From NCBI RefSeq assembly GCF_000015805.1, contig NC_009073.1:1950001-1982000 (forward strand): 32,000 bases of DNA. Direction: 5' to 3'. The translations under genes and the position numbers were made by a program. The notes under the pieces were generated by a model. That model was not told the origin of the DNA. It made no database searches and was given only the letters and a program-made list of their open reading frames with translations. Positions 20,370 to 27,803 of this stretch are shown here, piece by piece. Each line of letters starts with the position of its first letter. The first letter of the stretch is position 1. This stretch comes from Pyrobaculum calidifontis JCM 11548. GTDB taxonomy: Archaea > Thermoproteota > Thermoprotei > Thermoproteales > Thermoproteaceae.

Positions 20370-20790
20370 CCAATTTTTCAATCTCCAAGATTTTTTTAGC
20401 CGCTTTTAATAGTACTTGTCTTGTCTCGTCTCTGGCCACTAGCTTGAGTGCCTCTTCCTTGGTGGCCCATAGGTAGGCATCGTGTTCTTTTGAGAGTGTG
20501 ACGTCTAGGGAGCTGGCTTTGGCCAAGAAGTATATTATCTCTTTGTATATTGTGCGTCCCTTTCTTGAGTATCTGTATACGATCTCTTCTCTGAAGTGTG
20601 GGACGAGGGAGACTATGAGCCCTGTTTCTTCTAGGATTTCTCTGAGGGCGGCTACTTCGTCGGTTTCGTAGAGGCGTACGAGGCCGTGGGGGAAGTCCCA
20701 GCCGAATTTTCCGTGTAAGAGTAGGTAGAGTACTCTGTCGGCTTCTACGGCGTATACCACGGCGCCTGCGGAGCGCTCAAAGTATCTCAC
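20359..20790 (-). CDS. NUDIX hydrolase
   Basis: GTG start. Complete Nudix box GLVRLYETDEVAALREILEETGL (GX5EX7REUXEEXGU). Confidence 0.85.
   Translation of the reverse strand: MRYFERSAGAVVYAVEADRVLYLLLHGKFGWDFPHGLVRLYETDEVAALREILEETGLIVSLVPHFREEIVYRYSRKGRTIYKEIIYFLAKASSLDVTLSKEHDAYLWATKEEALKLVARDETRQVLLKAAKKILEIEKLASQ
20374..20397 (+). terminator. Oligo-T tracts (T5 at 20374-20378, T7 at 20391-20397) just after the protease stop
   Basis: Archaeal terminators are oligo-T runs. These lie 5-28 nt after the TAG at 20367-20369, inside the 3' end of the convergent NUDIX gene. Confidence 0.35.
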
Positions 20791-20815
20791 TTATTATTGT
20801 TATGTGTCAGTATAT

Positions 20816-21421
20816 TTACTTTACTCTTATGCCGTATGGACAGAAATATTCTATGCCTAGGTCTTTGTAAAGCACAGAGAGTGCGCCATACATTATCACG
20901 GGCACGCCGTGGGCCTTGGCCTCGTTTACCAGTTCCAGCAACTGGGCGCTTGTGAGTGCGCCGGGGGCCACAACCACTGCTTTTACCTGGCCTATCCACC
21001 CCTTTACGCTTGAGGCATCTACTAAGTCCAGTGGCACTGGGCGTCCCTCTTCCGAGGCGACGAGTACATAGGCCATGGAGTAGAGGGCGGCGGCGACCTT
21101 GTTGTTGAGCCCAACCAGCATCACAGGCCCGCCGTATCTGGAGAGGACGTACTCAGTTAGCCTCCTTACGCATTTCTCAGACTCTTTGGCGCGGCAGGTG
21201 GCAAGCCGCCTTATGCCGCGCTCTCTCTGCCTGTTTAACACCTCTAGGCATGTTCTAAGCCGCTCGTCTCTCATGGCCTCTTCTATGCTGTAGACCCCGG
21301 GCTTAATTCCACTGCTGACGGGGACATCTGCACATATGTCGCCTATGCAACACCTAGCTAGTACTTGGCCGTCGCATGTATCTACGCCTTCTTCTCTAAC
21401 TGCGGCCACAATTAACGACAC
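20816..21421 (-). CDS. Hypothetical Cys-rich protein (8 Cys in 201 aa) with a Rossmann-like C-terminal half
   Basis: GTG start. TAATTAAAAA (21439-21448) is centred 22.5 nt upstream. The N-terminal cluster is C16-x7-C24-C25-x4-C30, followed by C58, C76, C84 and C195. I cannot assign a family. Confidence 0.55.
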   Translation of the reverse strand: MSLIVAAVREEGVDTCDGQVLARCCIGDICADVPVSSGIKPGVYSIEEAMRDERLRTCLEVLNRQRERGIRRLATCRAKESEKCVRRLTEYVLSRYGGPVMLVGLNNKVAAALYSMAYVLVASEEGRPVPLDLVDASSVKGWIGQVKAVVVAPGALTSAQLLELVNEAKAHGVPVIMYGALSVLYKDLGIEYFCPYGIRVK

Positions 21422-21515
21422 TGCTCTTTGTGGAAATGTAATTAAAAACGTTAAGTGGGGGTCTATTAGACGGTAGTCGAATATAATGTTAAGTATCTAT
21501 AGTTGGGGTTTTTCC

Positions 21516-23264
21516 ATGGAGGTTCTCAAATACGATTTAGTGATTATCGGCTCTGGCATTGCTGGGCTTAGGGCCGCCACGGCGGCGGCTTGGGCAAGCG
21601 GCGGCAAGATCTCAATAGCGATTCTCTCGAAGATACAGGCCATGAGGAGCCACAGCGGCTCTGCCGAGGGGGGCATGTCGGCTGTGCTGTATCCAGAGAA
21701 GACTGGGGACTCCCTGGAGCTACATGCCTACGACACTGTGAAGGGGAGCGACTTCCTTGCCGACCAAGACGCGGTTCAGGTACTTGTGGAATATGCGCCT
21801 AGGGAGGTCCGATACTTGGAGAGAATTGGAGTGCCTTGGACTAGGGAGCCCGATGGGAGAATTAGCCAAAGACCCTTTGGCGGCATGACTATACCGCGCA
21901 CCACCTTCGCCGCGGACAAGACGGGGTTCTTCATAATGTCTACCCTCTTTTCTGAGACTAGGAGGTTTGAAAACATCCACGTGTACCACGAGCATTTTGT
22001 CACAAAGTTGATCGTGGAAGGCGGCGAGTTTAAAGGCGTGACGGCGTACGACCTCAAGAGCGGCGAGTTTAAACTCTTTTATGCGAAAGCCGGCATCATA
22101 GCCACTGGAGGTGCGGGGAGGCTGTACCGCTTTACTACAACGGCTCACTCCACCACGGGGGAGACCCTGGGATACGCACTTAGGGAGGGCATTGCGATAA
22201 AGGACATGGAGTTTGTCCAATGGCACCCCACGGCCCTTGTCCCCAGCGGCATTTTGGTGAGCGAGGCGGCGAGGGGGGAGGGCGGCTACCTAATAAATAA
22301 GGAGGGGGAACGGTTTATGAAGAGGTACGCCCCCCAGAGGATGGAGCTGGCCCCCAGAGACATTGTGTCGAGGGCTATTTTGACCGAGTGCGCCGAGGGG
22401 AGGGGGTTCCAGCACGAGTCTGGCATGTGCTACGTGGGCCTCGACCTTAGGCATCTAGGCGAGGAGAAGATTAATAGCAGAATTCCATTCATCCGCGAGC
22501 TGGCGCATAAGTACGCTGGCGTAGATGTATTGTCTGAGCCTATCCCAGTTAGACCAGCCGTGCACTACACCATGGGCGGCATTCACACAGATACATGGGG
22601 CCGTGTCTTAACCGCGAACGGCGAGTGGATAAGGGGCTTGTGGGCTGCCGGCGAGGCAGCGGCCGTCAGCGTACATGGCGCAAACCGGCTCGGCTCCAAC
22701 TCGTTAAGCGAGTGCTCCGTGTGGGGCAGGCTGACGGGAGAGCAGGCGGCGAAATACGCCATGGAGAAGGCCCCACTGCCAGAGCCCGATGGAAAACTAC
22801 TAGACATAGCCAAGAAAGAGGAGGCACGGGTCTTTGACAAACTCATCCACAGAGAGACTAACGCCCCCACTCCCTACGAAATAAAGAGGCAGCTGAACGA
22901 CATAATGGAGGAGCACTTTGGCCCATTTAGACACGGGTCGTCGATGGCGGAGGGGTTGGCAAAGCTGAAAAAACTCAGGGAAGCGGCCTCCTCCTTTAAG
23001 ATTGTCGACGGCAGCCGTGTGTACAACCAGAACCTGAAAGACGCCCTTGAGGTAGACGGCATGATAGACCTTGCGCTTGTCGTAGGTATTGGCGCATATA
23101 CGAGGACAGAGTCTAGGGGGGCGCACTATAGGCTAGACTACCCCAAGAGAGACGACGTGAATTGGCTCAAACACACCGTTGCGTATCTATACGGAGGCGA
23201 AATAAAGCTCACATATACGCCGGTAACAATTACAAAATGGAAGCCAGAGGAGAGGAAGTATTAG
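21516..23264 (+). CDS. sdhA: Succinate dehydrogenase/fumarate reductase flavoprotein subunit
   Basis: Motifs [29 protein letters not shown], and HYTMGGI...[23 protein letters not shown]. The ATG at 21516 is preferred over 21486 because it gives the normal distance to the GxGxxG. The start is uncertain by 30 nt. Confidence 0.9.
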   Translation: MEVLKYDLVIIGSGIAGLRAATAAAWASGGKISIAILSKIQAMRSHSGSAEGGMSAVLYPEKTGDSLELHAYDTVKGSDFLADQDAVQVLVEYAPREVRYLERIGVPWTREPDGRISQRPFGGMTIPRTTFAADKTGFFIMSTLFSETRRFENIHVYHEHFVTKLIVEGGEFKGVTAYDLKSGEFKLFYAKAGIIATGGAGRLYRFTTTAHSTTGETLGYALREGIAIKDMEFVQWHPTALVPSGILVSEAARGEGGYLINKEGERFMKRYAPQRMELAPRDIVSRAILTECAEGRGFQHESGMCYVGLDLRHLGEEKINSRIPFIRELAHKYAGVDVLSEPIPVRPAVHYTMGGIHTDTWGRVLTANGEWIRGLWAAGEAAAVSVHGANRLGSNSLSECSVWGRLTGEQAAKYAMEKAPLPEPDGKLLDIAKKEEARVFDKLIHRETNAPTPYEIKRQLNDIMEEHFGPFRHGSSMAEGLAKLKKLREAASSFKIVDGSRVYNQNLKDALEVDGMIDLALVVGIGAYTRTESRGAHYRLDYPKRDDVNWLKHTVAYLYGGEIKLTYTPVTITKWKPEERKY

Positions 23265-23265
23265 T

Positions 23266-23976
23266 ATGAAGTCTGTAATAGTTAAGGTAAAGAGATACGA
23301 CGGGTCTAAGAGCTGGTGGCAGGAGTACAAGGTTGAGGTGCCCTCGGAAAGAATTTCTGTGCTCGACGTACTGCTTAAAATTAAGGAGGAGCAAGACCCG
23401 ACGCTGGCTGTGCGTTACAGCTGCCGCATGGCTATCTGCGGGTCTTGTGGCATGGTGATAAACGGTCTTCCTAGGCTTGCGTGTCAGACGTTGCTCTCAG
23501 AACTAAAGGATTCGCGATTAACCGTGGAGCCTCTTTGGAACCACAAAGTTATAAAGGACCTCGTGGTTGATACAGAGCCGGATTTTGAGAAAGTTAGGTC
23601 GGTTAAGCCGTACATAATTAGGGATGCGAAGGAAATTTACGGGAGTGATGCAGAGTTTGGACAAAGGCCCGAGGAGCTAGAGAAGTACTACAACTTTGCA
23701 TATTGCATCCAATGCGGACTGTGCATGGCGGCGTGCCCAATACTGGGCTCTAATGAGAAATTCCTAGGGCCTATGGCTCTTGCGGCTGCGTATAGGTGGA
23801 GCGCTGATAGTAGAGACCGAGGCTGGGAGATAAGGAGAGCAATAATAGACGCAGAAGATGGGCTGTGGCCATGCCATTTGGCGTACACGTGCAGTGCCGT
23901 GTGTCCGCGGGGGGTGGATCCGGGCTATGCAATACAACTGTTAAAAAGCGCGATACTTAGGAGGCGGAGGCCATGA
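23266..23976 (+). CDS. sdhB: Succinate dehydrogenase/fumarate reductase iron-sulfur subunit
   Basis: Three Cys clusters: CRMAICGSCGMVINGLPRLAC, CIQCGLCMAACP and CHLAYTCSAVCPRGVDP. Confidence 0.9.
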   Translation: MKSVIVKVKRYDGSKSWWQEYKVEVPSERISVLDVLLKIKEEQDPTLAVRYSCRMAICGSCGMVINGLPRLACQTLLSELKDSRLTVEPLWNHKVIKDLVVDTEPDFEKVRSVKPYIIRDAKEIYGSDAEFGQRPEELEKYYNFAYCIQCGLCMAACPILGSNEKFLGPMALAAAYRWSADSRDRGWEIRRAIIDAEDGLWPCHLAYTCSAVCPRGVDPGYAIQLLKSAILRRRRP

Positions 23977-24395
23977 GGGCGGGAAAAGGGATTTGGGAGT
24001 GGTTCAGAGGATTAAACTGGGAGCGCATATACTTCGCGATTCACAGACTAACCGCCATTTACCTCGTGTTGTACATATTCCCCAGGCCCTACCTCGTGTT
24101 GCTCCACGGCTCTTGGGAGGAGGCCCTAAAGTTCGACATGACGCCGATTGGGAGAGCCCTTGCGGCGCTCTTCATCTTCTCAATCGCATTCCACGGCATC
24201 AATGGGCTCAGGATCATGCTAATAGAGTTGGGAGTAATAAAGGGCAGGCCAATACGTGAACCCATAAGATTCATACCTGCGCTCCGGACGTCTAAACTTA
24301 ACTGGCTACTTATGGCACTCACCATTGTAGGCACGGTAGTGGGTACACTCTTAGGCACATACTTAGTGCTATACGGCTCAGAGGTGTGGCCATGA
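23973..24395 (+). CDS. sdhC: Succinate dehydrogenase membrane subunit (cytochrome b-like, SdhC)
   Basis: ATGA overlap with sdhB. Three TM helices with conserved-type His residues (AIHRLTA and AFHGINGLR). Confidence 0.7.
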   Translation: MRAGKGIWEWFRGLNWERIYFAIHRLTAIYLVLYIFPRPYLVLLHGSWEEALKFDMTPIGRALAALFIFSIAFHGINGLRIMLIELGVIKGRPIREPIRFIPALRTSKLNWLLMALTIVGTVVGTLLGTYLVLYGSEVWP

Positions 24396-24745
24396 GAGCC
24401 AGCACAGAGAGACTAATTTTGATTGTTGGTGCTTTTATTATGGTGGTGGGTATGCCGGCGGTTATAATGGCGGCGATAGCTTTAGGAAAAATACCGCTTG
24501 AAAAGGCCCTTTCTACACACCCGCTTGTGATAATACCATACGCCTTTGTAAAAATCGGCTGGGGCCTCATATGGGCCATCGTTGCAGTAGACTGGGTAGT
24601 TCACGGCTCGCATGGCATGAGGAGGATCTTAGGGGAGCTTGTAAAATCTGAACGAGGCAGAAGGGTGTTAGACGTCATAATAAACGCCATAATGATCGTC
24701 ACTGGGATCGTCATGTTCTACGTGCTAGTTTTTATACCGAACTAG
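24392..24745 (+). CDS. sdhD: Succinate dehydrogenase membrane anchor subunit (SdhD)
   Basis: The ATG at 24392 overlaps the sdhC TGA (ATGA); the track lists the GTG at 24386. Three TM helices, with VHGSHGMR. Confidence 0.65.
   Translation: MRASTERLILIVGAFIMVVGMPAVIMAAIALGKIPLEKALSTHPLVIIPYAFVKIGWGLIWAIVAVDWVVHGSHGMRRILGELVKSERGRRVLDVIINAIMIVTGIVMFYVLVFIPN
24729..24736 (+). promoter_or_regulatory. TATA box within GTTTTTATACC (copy 3 of 3), inside the sdhD 3' end
   Basis: Centred 25.5 nt upstream of the candidate C box at 24758. Confidence 0.5.
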
Positions 24746-24747
24746 CC

Positions 24748-24753
24748 TTTTTT
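24748..24753 (+). terminator. T6 tract 3 nt after the sdhD stop codon
   Basis: This is the oligo-T archaeal terminator type. It is followed directly by the sRNA candidate. Confidence 0.4.
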
Positions 24754-24757
24754 ACTG

Positions 24758-24806
24758 TTGATGAGAGCTGGTATTACAGAGCCGTGAAGAAAGACACCAA
24801 AGCTGA
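24758..24806 (+). ncRNA. Box C/D sRNA candidate 1
   Basis: Layout: C TTGATGA (24758-24764), 12 nt, D' CAGA (24777-24780), 3 nt, C' GTGAAGA (24784-24790), 12 nt, D CTGA (24803-24806). A TATA box lies 25 nt upstream. Confidence 0.6.
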
Positions 24807-25580
24807 CTAATCGGCCCTCGGCGCGACAATAGTCTTAAAAGTGCCCGTAGTAAACTCATAGGTCAGCTTGATGGGCTTGTTTTCAGACAGCTCAACCTTG
24901 ACCCTTTTGGACAAGCTCTTGAGCTTGCCTGTTATGTCTCTCAGAGTTTCAACAGTGTATTTGGCCGTCACGGTCTCCTCTGCCGACACGCTGAACAAGG
25001 CCTCGTCGTTTTGACTCAACGTGGCCTCAGCCGCCTTGCCGCCCTCGCCGACGCCCCTAATGGTTACCCCCTCCGGCGAGACTGAGATCTGCACCCAGTC
25101 GGAGACCTCCTCCACCATGGCCAACAAGTCGTCGAATACACCTGCGTCTACTTCAAACGACGCGTCAAAGGTGAGAGAAAGCTCTGGTATTTCCTCTTCT
25201 ATGACTGAGACTATGGGGAAGGAGAAGCGGCGGACGAGGCCGGCCTCCTTCCCCCTCTTTGGGTACACGTAGAGGTTGAATCTGTTCCTCTCCTTGTCTA
25301 CCTCTACCTCAAGCTTCTCTGTGGCGCCTATGCGCTTTATTACGTCCTTCAACGTGGTGAATATGAGGCCCACCTTGACCTCCTCCTCTAGGACGTAGTC
25401 CTCTAGGCTCGCCGCGTAGAAGGATAAGTCGAGGATAGAGGTCTTAGTGGGGTCGAGCGCCTTTATTGAAATTCCGTCTTGTGTAAACGTGAGCGAGGCC
25501 TCTGGCAGTAAGCGAATGAGTACCTCGAAGGCGTAGCGCGGCTCCTTCCCCTTTGGAAACAACGCCCGGGCCACACTCAT
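24807..25580 (-). CDS. pcn: DNA polymerase sliding clamp (PCNA)
   Basis: ~257 aa. Sequence AFEVLIRLLPEASLTFTQDGISIKALDPTKTSILDLSF...KLTYEF fits the PCNA two-domain pattern. The ATG at 25580 lies 25.5 nt from the palindromic TATA; the track TTG at 25601 sits inside that TATA. Confidence 0.9.
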   Translation of the reverse strand: MSVARALFPKGKEPRYAFEVLIRLLPEASLTFTQDGISIKALDPTKTSILDLSFYAASLEDYVLEEEVKVGLIFTTLKDVIKRIGATEKLEVEVDKERNRFNLYVYPKRGKEAGLVRRFSFPIVSVIEEEIPELSLTFDASFEVDAGVFDDLLAMVEEVSDWVQISVSPEGVTIRGVGEGGKAAEATLSQNDEALFSVSAEETVTAKYTVETLRDITGKLKSLSKRVKVELSENKPIKLTYEFTTGTFKTIVAPRAD

Positions 25581-25601
25581 GAGATTAAGTTGGGCAGACA
25601 A

Positions 25602-25609
25602 TTATATAA
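25602..25609. promoter_or_regulatory. Perfectly palindromic TATA box TTATATAA, putatively bidirectional (PCNA leftward, sRNA candidate 2 rightward)
   Basis: The centre (25605.5) is 25.5 nt from the PCNA ATG (25580) and 26.5 nt from GTGAAGA (25632). Confidence 0.5.
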
Positions 25610-25631
25610 GTGAGCTTCATGTAAGAGTATT

Positions 25632-25681
25632 GTGAAGAAGACCCCGATCGCCGAATGTGTGACGAGTGGTATTACGACTGA
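25632..25681 (+). ncRNA. Box C/D sRNA candidate 2 (degenerate boxes), antisense to the last codons of etfA
   Basis: Layout: C GTGAAGA (25632-25638), 12 nt, D' CCGA (25651-25654), 4 nt, C' GTGACGA (25659-25665), 12 nt, D CTGA (25678-25681). Confidence 0.4.
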
Positions 25682-26712
25682 CTCTTAATCTTTCTCAGCT
25701 CCTCTATGAGGAGCGGTATTACTTGCTTGTAGTCGGCCACTACGGCGTAGTCCGCGTTTTGCATTATGGGGGCGTGGGGGTCTGGGTTAATCGCAATCAC
25801 GGTCTTAGACTCTTGCATGCCCATTAGATGTTGGATTGCTCCACTGATTCCGACGGCGATGTAGAGCTTAGGCCTTATAGTCTTCCCAGTCTGACCTATC
25901 TGCCTATTGTGCGGAACCCACCCGGCGCGTACAGCCATGAGCGAGGCGCCCACTGTTCCGCCTAACAGCTTGGCCAACTCTATTAACAGCTTGAACCCCT
26001 CTGCAGAGCCGAGGCCCCTCCCCCCGGCCACCACTATGTCGGAAGACTCCACTGGGGGCAAATCTGCCACGTCTTTTTCTAGCCTCTTCTCCACTGATAT
26101 CAAGCGAGTTCTTCTCCTAGAAATTTCCACTTTTTCCACTATGATTTGTCCAACGCGGCTTGTGTCACGCGGCGGCTTGGGAAATACGCCGGGCCTCACA
26201 CTGGCCATCTGCGGACGCCTCTGTGGAGTTCTTATGGTGGCAAGCTGAGTGCCGCCGAAGGTTGGGCGTATTTGTAGCAGATCTCTAGTCTTTGGATCTA
26301 TGTCAAGCGCTGTGCAGTCCGCAGTTATGCCCGTGATAAGAGTATTAGCTATGTACGCAGCTAGTTCTCTCCCCCTCTTTGTGGCCCCTATTAGGAATAC
26401 CTCTGGCTTATACTTTGCGACAACTTTAGCAATTGCCTCCGCATATTCGGCGGGCGTGTAAACTCTGAGATCAGGGTTTTCGACGATCACGACTTTATCT
26501 GCGCCGTGGTAAATTGCCTCACGTGCCATTTCCTCGGTCCCCGCGACTATTACCCCACCTACCTCAGTGCCGCCGAGCTTTGCGGCCAACTCCCTCGCCT
26601 TCCCTAAGAGTTCAAGGCCTACATCTTTCAGCTTATCGCCGTCGCGCTCTAAATACACCCAAACTCCCTTATACTCCTCCTTATTAATGGGAGGCCAGAG
26701 AGAGCAGGGCAT
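25672..26712 (-). CDS. etfA: Electron transfer flavoprotein alpha subunit (EtfA/FixB)
   Basis: C-terminal FAD-domain signature PKLYIAVGISGAIQHLMGM, plus IVVAGGRGLGSAEGF. Confidence 0.9.
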   Translation of the reverse strand: MPCSLWPPINKEEYKGVWVYLERDGDKLKDVGLELLGKARELAAKLGGTEVGGVIVAGTEEMAREAIYHGADKVVIVENPDLRVYTPAEYAEAIAKVVAKYKPEVFLIGATKRGRELAAYIANTLITGITADCTALDIDPKTRDLLQIRPTFGGTQLATIRTPQRRPQMASVRPGVFPKPPRDTSRVGQIIVEKVEISRRRTRLISVEKRLEKDVADLPPVESSDIVVAGGRGLGSAEGFKLLIELAKLLGGTVGASLMAVRAGWVPHNRQIGQTGKTIRPKLYIAVGISGAIQHLMGMQESKTVIAINPDPHAPIMQNADYAVVADYKQVIPLLIEELRKIKSQS

Positions 26713-26713
26713 G

Positions 26714-27508
26714 TTATATAACTCCCTCCTGCCTTAATATTTCAACTAGCTTTTTCACTATTTCCTGCGGCTCGCCTTGTATAACTACTCTCTTTCTAGG
26801 CGGATATGTGGCAGGCGCCAGCCCTGCAACCACGGTGGGACTGCCACGTAGTCCAACACATTCAGGCTCTAGCTTCAGATCGTTGTTGCTGATAATTTGT
26901 ATATGCTCTCTTGCGATGAGCTTTCGACTCAATCTAGTCTCCCTCGGAACTTGCGAGCCTTTTAGCACCGATATAACTGCTGGCATTTCTACCTCGTATA
27001 CTTCATCTACGCCCTCGTCTTCGAGAAATCGCCGGACTATTAAGGTCCTCCCCTTAACCTCGGCGTCGTACACGTAGTACACATAGGGTACGCCAAGCCA
27101 GCTGGCCGTCTGGGCGCCTATGTGCGCCGTGGTGCTGTCAATGGTTTCCTCCCCGGCTACGACTAAGTCGTAGTCTGGCACATATTTCTCAATGGTTTTT
27201 GCAAGGACGTGCGCCGTTGCCCACGTATCAGCGCCGGCGAAGACTCTGTCAGACGCTAGAATTGCCCTATCAACTCCCATGCCTATGAGACTCTCCAGCG
27301 CTGGGATGCCGCTGGGAGGGGCCATGGAAAGCGCTATCACCTCCCCGCCGTACTTGTCCCTTAGCTTTAGTGCAAACTCTACGGCGTCTCTATCCCAAAC
27401 ATTTGTCGTAAGTGGAACTCCCTCTCTGACCAAGGTGCCGGTTTTTGGGTCTATCCTAATTGCTGAGGAGAGGGGGACGGCCGCCTTTGTGAGTACTACG
27501 ATCTTCAT
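26714..27508 (-). CDS. etfB: Electron transfer flavoprotein beta subunit (EtfB/FixA)
   Basis: Motifs MKIVVLTKAAVP and DLVVAGEETIDSTTAHIGAQTASWLGVPYV. Confidence 0.9.
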   Translation of the reverse strand: MKIVVLTKAAVPLSSAIRIDPKTGTLVREGVPLTTNVWDRDAVEFALKLRDKYGGEVIALSMAPPSGIPALESLIGMGVDRAILASDRVFAGADTWATAHVLAKTIEKYVPDYDLVVAGEETIDSTTAHIGAQTASWLGVPYVYYVYDAEVKGRTLIVRRFLEDEGVDEVYEVEMPAVISVLKGSQVPRETRLSRKLIAREHIQIISNNDLKLEPECVGLRGSPTVVAGLAPATYPPRKRVVIQGEPQEIVKKLVEILRQEGVI

Positions 27509-27512
27509 AGCC

Positions 27513-27803
27513 CTAGGTGAAGCGGTACCAAATTCCCATGCCAGACCTCGGATAGTTCCACTCTATGTTGCCGTGTGGACATACGACCCTGCATGTTCCA
27601 CATTCTACACACGCCTCGGTACTTAACACGATTATGTCTCCCTGTTGTACATAACACTTAGCTGGGCACATATATGTACATGGCTTTTTTTCACACTTTC
27701 TGCACATGTCTGGATCTTTGATTTTTATATGAGGACGATGTATATCAACGTCCCACGCATTGGCGTTGAGCCTCTCCTCTATTGTAAAATATTTCAAGCT
27801 CAT
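27513..27803 (-). CDS. fixX: FixX-type ferredoxin-like protein
   Basis: 96 aa with CRKCEKKPCTYMCPAKCY and CVECGTCRVVCP. ATGA overlap with fixC. Confidence 0.85.
   Translation of the reverse strand: MSLKYFTIEERLNANAWDVDIHRPHIKIKDPDMCRKCEKKPCTYMCPAKCYVQQGDIIVLSTEACVECGTCRVVCPHGNIEWNYPRSGMGIWYRFT

Noticed and set aside
19920-20381. 153-aa minus-strand ORF at the protease 3' end
   Set aside because: It is a shadow frame of the subtilase gene with His/Arg/Pro-rich composition. It conflicts with the NUDIX gene's position.
21720-22226. 168-aa minus-strand ORF inside sdhA (and 21776-22057)
   Set aside because: It is antisense to the SdhA flavoprotein gene and has no motif or promoter.
27192-27626. 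144-aa plus-strand ORF across etfB and fixX
   Set aside because: It is antisense to two well-supported genes and is a Ser/Thr/Ala-rich shadow ORF.
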